The notes: a model not told the origin generated them from the sequence alone. A DNA stretch of 41,437 nt from Lates japonicus (GCA_033238685.1 BRZM01000010.1:3846968-3888404); one strand, 5' to 3'. Shown: positions 20,986 to 31,497, counted from the first letter of the stretch. Program-made: numbers and translations.

Positions 20986-22223
20986 GTGAGTTAATGTTTT
21001 TAATGTCATTTTTAGCTACTTCAGCTGTCAGTTAATGTTTGCAGAGTTTGGGTTTTCCTCCTTAAAGTCGGATAATAACGTGGGGTTTTTTGCGGTTTAC
21101 CGCCCTGACCTCAATCTGGACAGGGACCAATCGTCTTCATAATAAACAGTGACTTTGAGAAGCAAGTGCTGACTTTTATCTTTTGTTTGAATGTAATGGC
21201 CGAATTAACTTTATAGATAGATTTGTGGTTGGACCCCCATTATACATGGCAGTTTGTTAGAGACAAACCCGTGCCCTAGAGCTGAAGAAATAAGTTCATG
21301 AATCAGCAAATCAGTGATTGATTTGCAACTGTGTTGATAACTAACTAAAGCTTTTATGTCACTTTTAAAGAAAAAATACAAAATTTTCTCTGATGCCAAC
21401 TTCTCAGATGTGATTATTTGCTCGTTGTTTGACTGCTGGTCTGACAAAACAAGACATTTCAATATCTTCTTAATAATAATGGCCACTTATCACTATTGGA
21501 CATATATTATCATATACACTAATCAAACAAGGGACTGTAAATGAAATAATGGAACAGTGATGGTAGATTTGCACATTATGCAGGAACCTTTAGCTGAATT
21601 TTCAATTCTAATATATGGGACACATAAAACAAAGCAATACAGTGATGATCACCATCTTCATTTAATTACCTTTTTATTTACTGTTCCGTCATTGATTAAG
21701 GCTTTAAAATGTAGTTGAGTAGATTCAACAGTTCCTACTTAACTTTTGCTTGTTTTCTATCCAATCTGTTGGTATTTCATTATTTTAATGCCCCAGTTTC
21801 TCCTTCTTAAACAGGCAAATCAGTAAAATGATCATTTCCCCCACCCGAGCCAGAAACATGACAATCACATCAGGTTTTCAGGTCCAGGCATGAAACCAGC
21901 TTCAAGTCCAGACTTGAAATCTGGACATGGAGCTGGACTGTGAGATGTAAACTAGAAAACACCTCCTTTAAAAATGAACAAAATCATCAGTGAGCTGACG
22001 TTATTGATTGGCATCTTATCCAGTTCAGTCTCCATGTAAAGCGGGGGAGCAGTGAGGCAGATTTATGCTGCTGACTCACAGGTCATGTCAGTGTGTGTTT
22101 ACCATCTGTCACTCACTTATACTGAATGTGGCTTCTACGTCAGCACTGAAACAACAGTGGAGATGATTCTCGTTTGTGTGATTTCATCCTTAACATTTTG
22201 TCTCTTCTTCTCTCCTCATTCAG

Positions 22224-22295
22224 CAAAAAGCAGCGTTATTCGGTGGGATGTTCAAGAAATCCACTAAGTCTGCAGAATCCTCTGTCCAAGCACAG
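22224..22295 (+). CDS. ApoL-domain gene, exon 3 (GMFKK module)
   Basis: Acceptor tcctcattcag; donor CAG|gtgata. Encodes QKAALFGGMFKKSTKSAESSVQAQ. Phase 0-0. Confidence 0.6.
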
Positions 22296-22599
22296 GTGAT
22301 ATTGTAGTTTTAATGTTTACTTTATTTAATTTCAATCTAGAAATGAGCTACTACACTGTAGAGTAGAGCAGTTCAGCAGTTCATACAGTGATTTGGTTGA
22401 AAATACCAAGCATTCTTTGAATTTAAGCTTCTCAGAAGGGTTGTTTGTGATAGTAAACTGAGCATCTTTTGGGTTTTGTCTTGCTTTGGCAAATTATAAC
22501 AAACATTTTTGCACCATTTTCTGTAAATTTTATCAATCAGCTGATCAAGAAAATAATCTACAGATTTATCACTCACACAAAGACTCTGTGACATTACAG

Positions 22600-22668
22600 G
22601 ATAATTTATCAGCCAGCAGTGAACTTTCAAAGAGCAATGACAGTCTGACCGACAACAACAACACCAAG
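22600..22668 (+). CDS. ApoL-domain gene, exon 4 (DLSASSELS module)
   Basis: Acceptor gacattacag; donor AAG|gtgtgt. Encodes DNLSASSELSKSNDSLTDNNNTK. Confidence 0.65.
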
Positions 22669-22801
22669 GTGTGTAAATTCATTCATTCATTCAAACCTTA
22701 TTTCTCTTCTCTTATCAACCCATAACTAATGTAAACTGAGTAAATACTATATCACATTTTAAATCAGTGACAGAGATTTTTTATATTGATGAATGTTTCA
22801 G

Positions 22802-22870
22802 GACAAAGGAGGCGTGTTCAAAGGAATGTTTAAGAAGACGACCAAATCTGCCAAAGAGGGTCAGCTACAG
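22802..22870 (+). CDS. ApoL-domain gene, exon 5 (GMFKK module)
   Basis: Acceptor gaatgtttcag; donor CAG|gttcgt. Encodes DKGGVFKGMFKKTTKSAKEGQLQ. Confidence 0.65.
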
Positions 22871-23267
22871 GTTCGTAGAGGCCTTCATGAACTCACTGTG
22901 CTGTACATCTTGTTTTTTTATATTTAAGAGCACAACTGATTGAACTAGAACTGAAATGAGTTGTCAGTTAATCAATTAGTTGATCAACAAATGATTAGTC
23001 AGCAGCAGTTTTGCTCGTTTATTAACATTTATCAAACAAAAAGGTCAAATATTTGCTGGGTCTTAAATCTAAGAGTTTACTGCTTTTCTCTGTTTTATAC
23101 AGTTTGAAACTGAATTTCTTTGGATTACACAATTTTAAGACATCACTTTTAACTATTTTCTGACATTATATAGCCTAAACAATTAATTGATTAATGAATA
23201 TATTTAAATTTGAGTGTTTCCTAAGTTAAATATTCAGATTAGGTATTCAACTTTTTTCTGTTAACAG

Positions 23268-23342
23268 GCCACCCTGTCATTACAAAATCCTGAACTCTCT
23301 GCTAGTAGAGACAGTTTAACAGACAACAAGAAGTCATCAAAG
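23268..23342 (+). CDS. ApoL-domain gene, exon 6
   Basis: Acceptor ttctgttaacag; donor AAG|gtgagt. Encodes ATLSLQNPELSASRDSLTDNKKSSK. Confidence 0.65.
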
Positions 23343-23435
23343 GTGAGTTCAGGTTTTGCTCTGTGATATTATTGGTAAGTTAGTCATGTTAGTCTTTGAA
23401 ACTTAAACTTTTATCTCTCTTCTATCTCTCTTCAG

Positions 23436-23504
23436 GACAAACCAGGTGTTTTGGGTGGGATACTGAAACGACCCAAACTAGGACACGTCCGGAGGCCTTC
23501 ACAG
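23436..23504 (+). CDS. ApoL-domain gene, exon 7
   Basis: Acceptor ctctcttcag; donor CAG|gtgaaa. Encodes DKPGVLGGILKRPKLGHVRRPSQ. Confidence 0.65.
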
Positions 23505-23645
23505 GTGAAACACGATCTTCTGTTACATATCCTGCACACACAAGGAAAATAGATCATCTGGGAAATTATCAGATTAATTGCTGACATCTAGAATGTAGTG
23601 TTGTTTTATTTCAGTAAGAGGCTAACAGATCATCTCATGTTTCAG

Positions 23646-23708
23646 GATCTTTTGGACAATGAGCTCTCAGCCAGTAATGACAGTCTGTCTGAGAACACAA
23701 ACACTAAG
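23646..23708 (+). CDS. ApoL-domain gene, exon 8
   Basis: Acceptor catgtttcag; donor AAG|gtgagt. Encodes DLLDNELSASNDSLSENTNTK. Confidence 0.65.
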
Positions 23709-24190
23709 GTGAGTCTCATCCACCAAATCATTAAAAAAAAATCTTTATCAATAAAACTAGTGTAGATCAGTCAGAGATCACAGCCTGAATAAAAGTTGGT
23801 TATATACCAGACTAAGATTCAAAATCACGAAACGACAAATACACACATATACTGGGGGTTCTGATGCCCTCCAGTAAATGTGCAGAGCTCGACTCACTGA
23901 ATGGAGAGTTTGGTACGTTTGTTGTTTTTGTTTTTGTGTGTAGAGAGCGAGGTGTAACTGCAGTCATCAGCAATTTGAAAGAAAGTACTGGCTGATGTGT
24001 AAATCCCTGCCTGTCTCTCAGCAGGGACAGCTGCATCAGTTTAGAAATACAAAACAAAATAGAGTTTATTTTATTTCAACTAACATTTACAATGTAAGTA
24101 ATTATTTTGTGTTTTTTTTCTTTCTTCAGGAGTCAGGTGGGATGTTCAGTGGGATGTTTAAGTTGCGATGGGACTTTTTTCTTTCTTCAG

Positions 24191-24259
24191 GAGTCAGGTG
24201 GGATGTTCAGTGGGATGTTTAAAAAATCCCCAAAGCTTGGAGTGAGGGCACCATCTCAG
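24191..24259 (+). CDS. ApoL-domain gene, exon 9 (GMFKK module)
   Basis: Acceptor ctttcttcag; donor CAG|gtgaga. Encodes ESGGMFSGMFKKSPKLGVRAPSQ. A truncated copy of the acceptor and first 33 nt lies 60 nt upstream. Confidence 0.65.
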
Positions 24260-24354
24260 GTGAGAGCTGTGCATTTCACTCATTTCACTTTAACCTGCTT
24301 TACAGTATGAGGAGATGATAATATTAATTACTTGGAGACGCTTCTCTCCCTCAG

Positions 24355-24423
24355 GATGACTTGTCTGCACCAAGCGAGCTCTCAGGCAGCAACGACAATC
24401 TTTCTGCAAATGGCAACACTAAG
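24355..24423 (+). CDS. ApoL-domain gene, exon 10
   Basis: Acceptor ctccctcag; donor AAG|gtgagg. Encodes DDLSAPSELSGSNDNLSANGNTK. Confidence 0.65.
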
Positions 24424-24663
24424 GTGAGGTGACCTTCACGAGCTTGTCTTGTACACTGTTACACTAACAGACTATAATCTTTAACTTCTGAACTGTAACA
24501 CAACACCGTTTTCAAGGCTGAGTTTGGAGCAATTTTGGAAGGAAGGCTCATCCTATTTGAATGAGAGTACAAACTGCTGTGTCAAATTCCTGCTCGAGTA
24601 AAATCCTCCACTATGGAAAAATGCTCTCAAACTGTAGTTTTAATATGATCTTTTTTTCTCTAG

Positions 24664-24732
24664 GAGTCAGGTGGGATGTTCAGTGGAATATTTAAAAAAT
24701 CAAAGCCCTCCGGCGCAAGGACACAATCTCAG
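24664..24732 (+). CDS. ApoL-domain gene, exon 11 (GMFKK module)
   Basis: Acceptor tttttttctctag; donor CAG|gtgaga. Encodes ESGGMFSGIFKKSKPSGARTQSQ. Confidence 0.65.
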
Positions 24733-24827
24733 GTGAGAGTTGTGCATCTGACTTGTCTCACATTTACTTGTGTTACTTTATAAAGAGATGATAAATGAAT
24801 TGGTTGATGATTGTGTCTCACCTTCAG

Positions 24828-24893
24828 GAGGATTTGTCTGCAGCCAGCGAGCTCTCAGGCAGCAACGACAATCTTTCTGAGAACAACGCAAAG
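24828..24893 (+). CDS. ApoL-domain gene, exon 12
   Basis: Acceptor tctcaccttcag; donor AAG|gtgtgt. Encodes EDLSAASELSGSNDNLSENNAK. Confidence 0.65.
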
Positions 24894-24987
24894 GTGTGTT
24901 AGAGCCATCTCCATCCTCAACTGAAACAAAAACTTCAACCATAACCATAAATAATGTAATTGTTAATGTTGTATATTATTTTCCTAG

Positions 24988-25044
24988 GAGAAGGGAGGAT
25001 TTCTAAGTGTGTTCAAGAAAAAAGCGGCCAGATCTCAGTCTCAG
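24988..25044 (+). CDS. ApoL-domain gene, exon 13
   Basis: Acceptor ttttcctag; donor CAG|gtaaga. Encodes EKGGFLSVFKKKAARSQSQ. Confidence 0.65.
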
Positions 25045-25398
25045 GTAAGATGAAAGTTAGTCAACGACAGGTTTTCAGTACAAATTGTTAAGTATTCTGT
25101 TTGAGTAATATTTCCTGGAAAAGTGAAAAAGTACATCAAAGTGGAAAAGAGTTGTGTCAAGTATTTTGTTTTCAGGAGGGGTACAAATACTTATATACTT
25201 ATATATATGCTTCTATTTTTTGCCCACTCATTTTTCACCTCACTGACAACTTAAAACAGAATATTTTGTCTGAGCTCTTCACTTGACTAACCTCCTTACC
25301 TTATAAATAAACTATAACCTGTTTGTAATTGTATCTGATGGTTATTTTGTGTCTTTTTTTGTCTTGGTTTTTGGGTTATAATGTATCACTCTTTATAG

Positions 25399-25458
25399 GA
25401 TGATTTGTCTGTGGAAGATGAACTCAGCACTGACAGTCTCACAGAGAAGCCTTCAAAG
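25399..25458 (+). CDS. ApoL-domain gene, exon 14
   Basis: Acceptor ctctttatag; donor AAG|gtgagg. Encodes DDLSVEDELSTDSLTEKPSK. Confidence 0.6.
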
Positions 25459-25581
25459 GTGAGGGATGAGGCTTGTTTGTTTGTTTGAAGCCTTTTTCAC
25501 TTGGACCTGCACTGCATGAACATGTAAGGAACAGCTGAAGATGTCAGATTGTAATTTAAAGTGCTCTTTAATCTCTGTCAG

Positions 25582-25632
25582 GGTGGAGTGGCAACAAAGA
25601 TCCGGAAGAATCCTTTCACTTCCTCATCTCAG
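25582..25632 (+). CDS. ApoL-domain gene, exon 15 (NPF)
   Basis: Acceptor tctctgtcag; donor CAG|gtcatt. Encodes GGVATKIRKNPFTSSSQ. Confidence 0.6.
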
Positions 25633-25744
25633 GTCATTTTCTCTCTCAATGAATGCTGCATCATATGAAATATTCTACCAGCCTGTTGCTGATGCTTTCT
25701 GATTGGTGAAATGCTGCTGATGTTTCTTTGTGTTATTATATCAG

Positions 25745-25819
25745 GAAAAGGAAACGACTGAACACTCTGGAGACTCAAATGAGAATACCTCCTCCACAGA
25801 GAAACCCAAAGCCAAGCAG
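25745..25819 (+). CDS. ApoL-domain gene, exon 16
   Basis: Acceptor ttattatatcag; donor CAG|gttggt. Encodes EKETTEHSGDSNENTSSTEKPKAKQ. Confidence 0.6.
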
Positions 25820-26041
25820 GTTGGTCATTACACCAAAAATCTTTTCTCTGTTGTCTTAACACTTTGGACGGAGACATTGTGGCATGAAAATCATTTTTTT
25901 AAAATTACTTTTTAGGCTTTAAGAAATTCAGATTTTTTTTGTCTGAATGTTTAGGAATGAGATCTGCTGCAATGTCAGGGTCAGGGCTACAATATGTTAT
26001 TTTTGTGAGAGGACAGTAACAGTGTCTTTGTCTTTTTTCAG

Positions 26042-26089
26042 AACGGTTTCAGTGCAATGATGAAGAGCACGTTCTACACTGACAAACAG
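26042..26089 (+). CDS. ApoL-domain gene, exon 17
   Basis: Acceptor tcttttttcag; donor CAG|gtgaga. Encodes NGFSAMMKSTFYTDKQ. Confidence 0.6.
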
Positions 26090-26182
26090 GTGAGATGTGG
26101 TGTATTGCACTCCATCATACTCCCCTGAAACTATATATTGTGGAAAAGTTTAACAATATGTTTTTGAAATTTTGATTTGCAG

Positions 26183-26251
26183 GAGAAGAACTCAGATTCT
26201 GATGATGAGGAGACACTGGACAATGGAGAGGGCCAGCATAGTCACAAACAG
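26183..26251 (+). CDS. ApoL-domain gene, exon 18
   Basis: Acceptor gatttgcag; donor CAG|gtttgt. Encodes EKNSDSDDEETLDNGEGQHSHKQ. Confidence 0.6.
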
Positions 26252-26372
26252 GTTTGTAAGGTTTTTAAATTTTTGGTAAAAGTTTTTGTTGTGTTGTTTG
26301 GATCTGATCAGCAGTTTCATTCATGTATTTCCATGTAGTTCAATTTCTCTTGATTTCTTTTCTCATATTCAG

Positions 26373-26426
26373 AATAAACTTGCTGGGGCGATGACAAAGC
26401 TGAATCCATTTCGATCTGCACACAAA
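26373..26426 (+). CDS. ApoL-domain gene, exon 19 (NPF; paralogue of exon 21)
   Basis: Acceptor tctcatattcag; donor AAA|gtaagg. Encodes NKLAGAMTKLNPFRSAHK. Confidence 0.6.
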
Positions 26427-26564
26427 GTAAGGGCAGTTTAGTTTGTAATCTTTTGATTTAGCGCTGAAGAAATAAGAAAAGTTCCTACTGATAATTCCAC
26501 AAGGACTGAACGGCCTAATTTATTTGTTTTTCATGAAGTAAGGATTTCTGTCTTCTCTGTGCAG

Positions 26565-26636
26565 AATGAGAAGCTGACAGGTTCTGATGATGAGGATCCA
26601 CCTGCAAGCAGCGATAAGTCATCAGGCGACAAACAG
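26565..26636 (+). CDS. ApoL-domain gene, exon 20
   Basis: Acceptor ttctctgtgcag; donor CAG|gtgctt. Encodes NEKLTGSDDEDPPASSDKSSGDKQ. Confidence 0.6.
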
Positions 26637-27551
26637 GTGCTTTGATATTGTTTGCAGTTACACACCACGGTTCTCTGATGCCATCAGGGCTTTAGTGTCT
26701 TGCTTTGTTGCCACTGATATGCAAGAGGCATTGTGAAGTCCTTAGGTAGAAAAGACGAAAGTCATGAGTCAAATCTTGAAGTTTTTAACAAACATTTTAC
26801 CCATAGGCCCTATCTGCAGTCCAGCTCAGCTTGTCTTGTCTGGTCTTCATACCTTAATTCTTTCAAGTAAATATCACAGAGAACAGCTTCTTCATCTTGC
26901 AGACTAAAGTTCACAGTAGAGAGTGGACAAAAAAAGTAGAGCAGGAGGACATGCAACAAGGGATTCCCTCTGGGACATTAAACTGGAGGTGCTGCAGCTC
27001 ATGTTCAGCATCCTGACCCCTTAAGAAAACAGTACATGATATTAAACTCCATCAGTAGGAAAACAAGAAGACATGGCAGCCTGACAGGTTTCTGATCAAC
27101 ATCTGAACAACTAATTTTTTATTTTTTTTTTGCTTTGAATTTCCTCTGTAGACATATTTGTTGAACATCAATCAAGTGCCCTTGTCTGCTCAGGAATAAT
27201 AGCCTTGTGGTGACATACTTTTGTTTGCAATCTGAATGCATTGTCACTGTACTAAAAATAGGTCATTAGTAGTCATTACATTACTGTAAAATAAAAGGCT
27301 CAGTTATCTGTTAGCCTCACATCATCTGTCTGTGCTTCTGAAAAACACTAAATCTAAACACATAACATAAATGAACAATCTTGACATGGATTTCTTTGAT
27401 TTGTTTTTGGTTCCTCTTACTTCTCTGTATCTTTAATGAGCTAATGTTGGTCTAGCTTTACTCTGAGCCGAGTGTGGTTCATGGCTGACAAAGCAGATGC
27501 AAATCTGAAATGTTGAGGCATCCACTTAGAACGATGTGCTCTTCCTCTCAG

Positions 27552-27605
27552 AACGCTATGATTGGAGCCATGTCCAAACTGAATCCATTTCGCTCTGGAA
27601 ACAAA
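27552..27605 (+). CDS. ApoL-domain gene, exon 21 (NPF; paralogue of exon 19)
   Basis: Acceptor ctcttcctctcag; donor AAA|gtaatt. Encodes NAMIGAMSKLNPFRSGNK. Confidence 0.6.
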
Positions 27606-28153
27606 GTAATTATGCTGTTAAATGTGTTTGGTGTTGGTGGAGGTGGTAGTGAGGTAGTCATAATCAGGACTATGATAGTGGTGGTGATGTCTGTAGGGAT
27701 TTCTTTGTTCATTTTAATGAGTAGCGCCGATGTGCTGAACACTCTTATACCAGTATGTTTGCATGTTTTAGCTTGTTGACTACAGATCACATAAACTTTT
27801 AATCACAGCTAACTGTGTTGGTGCAATTGACATTTTTTTATTTAGTTTTTCGACTTGAGACAAACACTTGTTTCTCTTCATTTCAGTACTATATAAAGAT
27901 CTATTACCATAGTCTTTACAGCTTTGACAAACTTTTCAAAAGTCTGCCTTTTGATTTTTGTGCCGTACAGAAGTGAATGAAAATGACTGTAATGGTAGAG
28001 TAGGTCAAATAGCATTTGAAAATAGTCACCAAAATATAATGAGATTCATTGTTGAGGAGCTAAAATGTGCAAAAGTACTGGTACAGACCTGTAAACACTA
28101 GAAAAGTTATCAGATTTTGGTTTAATATCTAATATTTCATGTCCTTTGTTCAG

Positions 28154-28216
28154 AAAGACACTGAAGACACAGAGGCACTCAAGGAGAACAAGAAACAAGT
28201 GGAGGAGCCGAAAATG
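28154..28216 (+). CDS. ApoL-domain gene, exon 22
   Basis: Acceptor tcctttgttcag; donor ATG|gtcagt. Encodes KDTEDTEALKENKKQVEEPKM. Confidence 0.6.
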
Positions 28217-28255
28217 GTCAGTCTATTTATTGCATCACTTATGAGTCATCAGTGA

Positions 28256-28256
<1 letters not shown>

Positions 28257-28296
<40 letters not shown>
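28257..28296. repeat. (CA)n microsatellite, about 20 units, intronic
   Basis: A cacacaca... run is read directly from the sequence. Confidence 0.95.
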
Positions 28297-28297
<1 letters not shown>

Positions 28298-28454
28298 CTG
28301 ATCAACTTCTCTCAAAAATACCCCATCTCCTCAAGCTCCTCCTCTTCCGTACCTCCACCACATCCTCCTCTTCCCCTTACCTCCCTGTAAATCCTGCCTG
28401 CTCGCTCTCAGACCTCAGTGTCCTCCTGCTCCAGCACACTGTGTGACTCTGTCT

Positions 28455-28486
<32 letters not shown>
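28455..28486. repeat. (TG)n microsatellite, about 14-16 units, intronic and complementary to the upstream (CA)n
   Basis: A tgtgtgtg... run is read directly from the sequence. Confidence 0.95.
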
Positions 28487-28495
28487 CCTTGTCAG

Positions 28496-28573
28496 GTCAA
28501 AAGCAACATGAACCAGCGAGAAAGGAAAGAAAGGAGTGAAACTCCATTGGTCCCACCCAGACCAACTGAAGAG
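28496..28573 (+). CDS. ApoL-domain gene, exon 23 (paralogue of exon 25)
   Basis: Acceptor gtccttgtcag; donor GAG|gtttgc. Encodes VKSNMNQRERKERSETPLVPPRPTEE. Confidence 0.6.
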
Positions 28574-28673
28574 GTTTGCATGCAGTCGAACACACCTGCT
28601 GTTCAGTGAAATGCGGTCCATGTGAGGCTTCTCTGACTTCTCCTCTGTCGGTCTCTGTCATTTTGTGCTGCAG

Positions 28674-28739
28674 GAAATGAAGAGGACTTCCACATATGAC
28701 AAAGTAAAACCAAGAGGAACTGAGGATAATCATAATCAG
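28674..28739 (+). CDS. ApoL-domain gene, exon 24 (paralogue of exon 26)
   Basis: Acceptor tgtgctgcag; donor CAG|gtacag. Encodes EMKRTSTYDKVKPRGTEDNHNQ. Confidence 0.6.
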
Positions 28740-29004
28740 GTACAGTTTGCACTTCTCAGATTTACAAAACAACGTGCAGGTCTGTATATTTCTTTTGTCC
28801 TCAGAGTTTTTTTTATTTCATTTGAACATATATGTCAGGATACAAATTAAATAAGTTATATAACAATCTTATGCCACATAGCAAGCAGCAAGCATAACAT
28901 TTACATACAGTGCTTTTAAAATAGTCATAAGTGGTTAAATTTCATGTTTTGTATCACTAGGTATCACTGTCACTTTACAAATATTGGTGTGTCTTTATTT
29001 GCAG

Positions 29005-29085
29005 GATAAAAAGGACATGACCTCCAGACAGAAAAAAGAAAAGCCTGCTGAGACTCCTGTAGTTCCTACCAGACCAACAGGGGAG
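29005..29085 (+). CDS. ApoL-domain gene, exon 25
   Basis: Acceptor ctttatttgcag; donor GAG|gtagag. Encodes DKKDMTSRQKKEKPAETPVVPTRPTGE. Confidence 0.6.
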
Positions 29086-29214
29086 GTAGAGTAAGCCTCC
29101 GGTGTACAGAACATTGGTTGTTTGTATCAGTTTGGAGCTGATGTATATCCATGTGTATCAATGCTGGACTGTGAGCCCTCGTGTTTTAGGAAACTTTTCT
29201 GGTTTAAATTTTAG

Positions 29215-29268
29215 GAGATGAACAGAGGAGCAAGACATGATATGCAAAAGCAGAAGACCAACCATCAG
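29215..29268 (+). CDS. ApoL-domain gene, exon 26
   Basis: Acceptor taaattttag; donor CAG|gtattg. Encodes EMNRGARHDMQKQKTNHQ. Confidence 0.55.
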
Positions 29269-29505
29269 GTATTGATGTGTACACACAGTACAAGCGTTGA
29301 ACTGATGCAAGGGTTTGCTGATAGGCTGAGCTGTTTGATTGACTTTGAATATCAGTTATTGGCTATGCTGTAAGTTACTCTCTGACCACTGTTACAAAAA
29401 ATCCCTAAAAACCTCTCATTTAAAAGAGATGCTAATGCTAAAAGATATTTGAAGGTAAACAAAATAAAAAATCTGTTATTAACTAAGTGGCTTACTTTGC
29501 TGCAG

Positions 29506-29592
29506 AGCCAGTCAGATGATGAAGGTCTCAAACAGGATGACTCTGCAGAGGCCAAAGACGAAGATGGGGTGAACCATCCAGAGAGCAAAACA
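29506..29592 (+). CDS. ApoL-domain gene, exon 27
   Basis: Acceptor ctttgctgcag; donor ACA|gtgagt. Encodes SQSDDEGLKQDDSAEAKDEDGVNHPESKT. Confidence 0.6.
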
Positions 29593-29639
29593 GTGAGTTT
29601 ATCTCTTCATCATCATTGGTCATGCTGCCGGTGATTGGC

Positions 29640-30120
29640 TGTAACGTGACATGTGGTAGAGGCATGCAGGAACAATACGTGGTTACGCCCACGGACGGGG
29701 TTCACGTGTATCTGTGTTGTGAACTACTGCAAAAAGGACATCGTTGCTAAGTCTGGCAACACGACCAATTTGATTAAGCATTTGAACATGCACGGAATCA
29801 ATTTAAGAGCAGAAAGTTGCTCCATGTTCAACTGCACGGGAGATTTAAAGGTCCTTAATATGCAGCAGTGAGCATTAGACACTGACTTGTCACTTGTTCT
29901 TTTGCACACAGTGGAAAAATGCCGAAGCTGAAAAATAAAACTCAAGATTTGTACCATAATATGTAATGTCATTTTCTTTGTTAGAATTGATTTGATATTA
30001 TATTGATATTATATATAATTGGTATTGAAAAAAGTTCAGGAACCGGTGTCAAAGTCAAGGTATTGGTATCGGTACCGGTATTGAAAATTTTTGAACGATA
30101 CCCAGCCCTAACTTAATGAC
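29640..30120 (+). mobile_element. Remnant of a hAT-type transposon with BED zinc-finger coding fragment, intronic
   Basis: ORF 29653-29871 encodes ...FTCICVVNYCKKDIVAKSGNTTNLIKHLNMHGINL. This fits the C..C...(S/T)TxNLxxHLxxxH BED-finger pattern. It is followed by short ggtaccggtatcgg-type repeats. The element is truncated and lacks a transposase core. Confidence 0.4.
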
Positions 30121-30886
30121 AGTTACATAAAGCTGGACAGACTTATTTACATAAAATGTATGTATGAGTCATCTGCGTGTGGTTTGAACCCACCTCTTGC
30201 TGCAACATGCAGGTGAAAACAAACACAGTATTTGAGAACTGTACTCTGCCAGGATCTAATTGTTCTAGTTCCTGCTTCCTTCTTATCAGTTCTTTCATGC
30301 CAGAGCCATGCAGATGACATGTGGCACCTTCAGGCTATTGTCAGAGTTTAACAAAGCTAACACTAACCCTTACCCTAGTCATGTGTTGTTTTTTTCCCCT
30401 TTTTGTTTGCCCTTAAGTAGCTTAAAGGTTATTAAGTTCATTTTGTTCCACTCTGTCTGACAGTATCATATATTCTGGAGAATGCTGGTGCAGTGTTTTA
30501 TTAAAGCTATAGTATGTTTATTGAGTGAAATATTCATTTACACATTTACCCAAAGCTAGAGTTTGTAATGACTGTCCCACCACTGCTGTTCATCAGAGGA
30601 ATGTGTTAATCTTCTAGCAGTAAGAGTACATGTTGGTGAGATCAGACTGTAATTAACTTTGATATACATTAAACAAAAATATAGATTCTTGAGTATTTGA
30701 GGAATGAAACAAACACAACATGTATGTATATTATTTGCTGAGAGATGTTTTTTGTTGCTCTTTGACAGTAGCAGCACATTAAGCACAGATGCAGTTGTTT
30801 TATTCAGTCACCAATGGCTCAAATGAAATGTAGTTTTTCCAGTTATTGTCACCTAACACACCTGTCTCTGTGCCATTTTTTTACAG

Positions 30887-30943
30887 GCCAAGGTGAAAAA
30901 ACACACGCACCATAACCCGTTTATGCCACGTGTTGCAGCCAAG
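30887..30943 (+). CDS. ApoL-domain gene, exon 28 (HNPFMPRV module; paralogue of exon 30)
   Basis: Acceptor ttttttacag; donor AAG|gtacat. Encodes AKVKKHTHHNPFMPRVAAK. Confidence 0.6.
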
Positions 30944-31497
30944 GTACATGACAGACTAGACATTTATCTATTTTCCACTTTCTGCCTACAACACCTGGGC
31001 TTATGTTTAATGCATTACCTGCTCAATTTTGTTTGGCAAAGGCTACCCAATGTTAAAGGAGCTACTTGTAAGTTGTGCTGTAGCTGCATAGTCAAAGTTG
31101 ACAGCTGTTTGGTTTCCAGTTTAGAGGTAATGTTGCAAGTCACCAAGAGCATTGTCACCAAGAGCTGTCTCCAGTGGTGGAAAGCAACAGCAATGTTTTA
31201 CTTCTTGTTCTACCACTGCTTTTCTTCTACTTAATTAGCTAACTGAAGTTAGTATTGCTAACCAGCTAGCCAGCCTGTCTCACCACTTTCCTTGCGACTC
31301 ACTGTAGCATCAAGACAGCCCTGAAAAAGTAGCGCAGTGATGACTGAAGCTCTTGGCAGGCTGTCACCACCACCCACTACCACATTTGGTGGCAGAGAAA
31401 ATTTACAAATAGCCCCTTTAATGTTTAAATGTTATTTTAATTCACAATTGTTACACTGATGCTTTATTATAGTGTGTTTGTTTATGGTTTGTTTTAG

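Noticed and set aside
22052-22267. Track ORF frame ...SPHSAKSSVIRWDVQEIH for the exon at 22224-22295
   Set aside because: It is the wrong frame. The frame giving QKAALFGGMFKKSTKSAESSVQAQ matches the GMFKK module repeated in five later exons. It also keeps phase 0 from the ATG exon through the donor at 22296.
24130-24165. Upstream copy of the GGMFSGMFK exon start as a real coding exon
   Set aside because: It has a functional-looking acceptor, but the sequence diverges after 33 nt into ttgcgatgggac... with no GT donor. It reaches an in-frame stop when read through, so it cannot be joined to exon 10 in frame. It is treated as an intronic duplicate (see finding).
27510-27790. 89-aa + strand and 80-aa minus-strand ORFs around 27.5-27.8 kb as independent genes
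   Set aside because: The + strand ORF merely contains the 54-nt exon 21 (NAMIGAMSKLNPFRSGNK) and then reads through the donor into intronic G/T-rich sequence (GVGGGGSEVV...). The minus-strand ORF is antisense to the same region.
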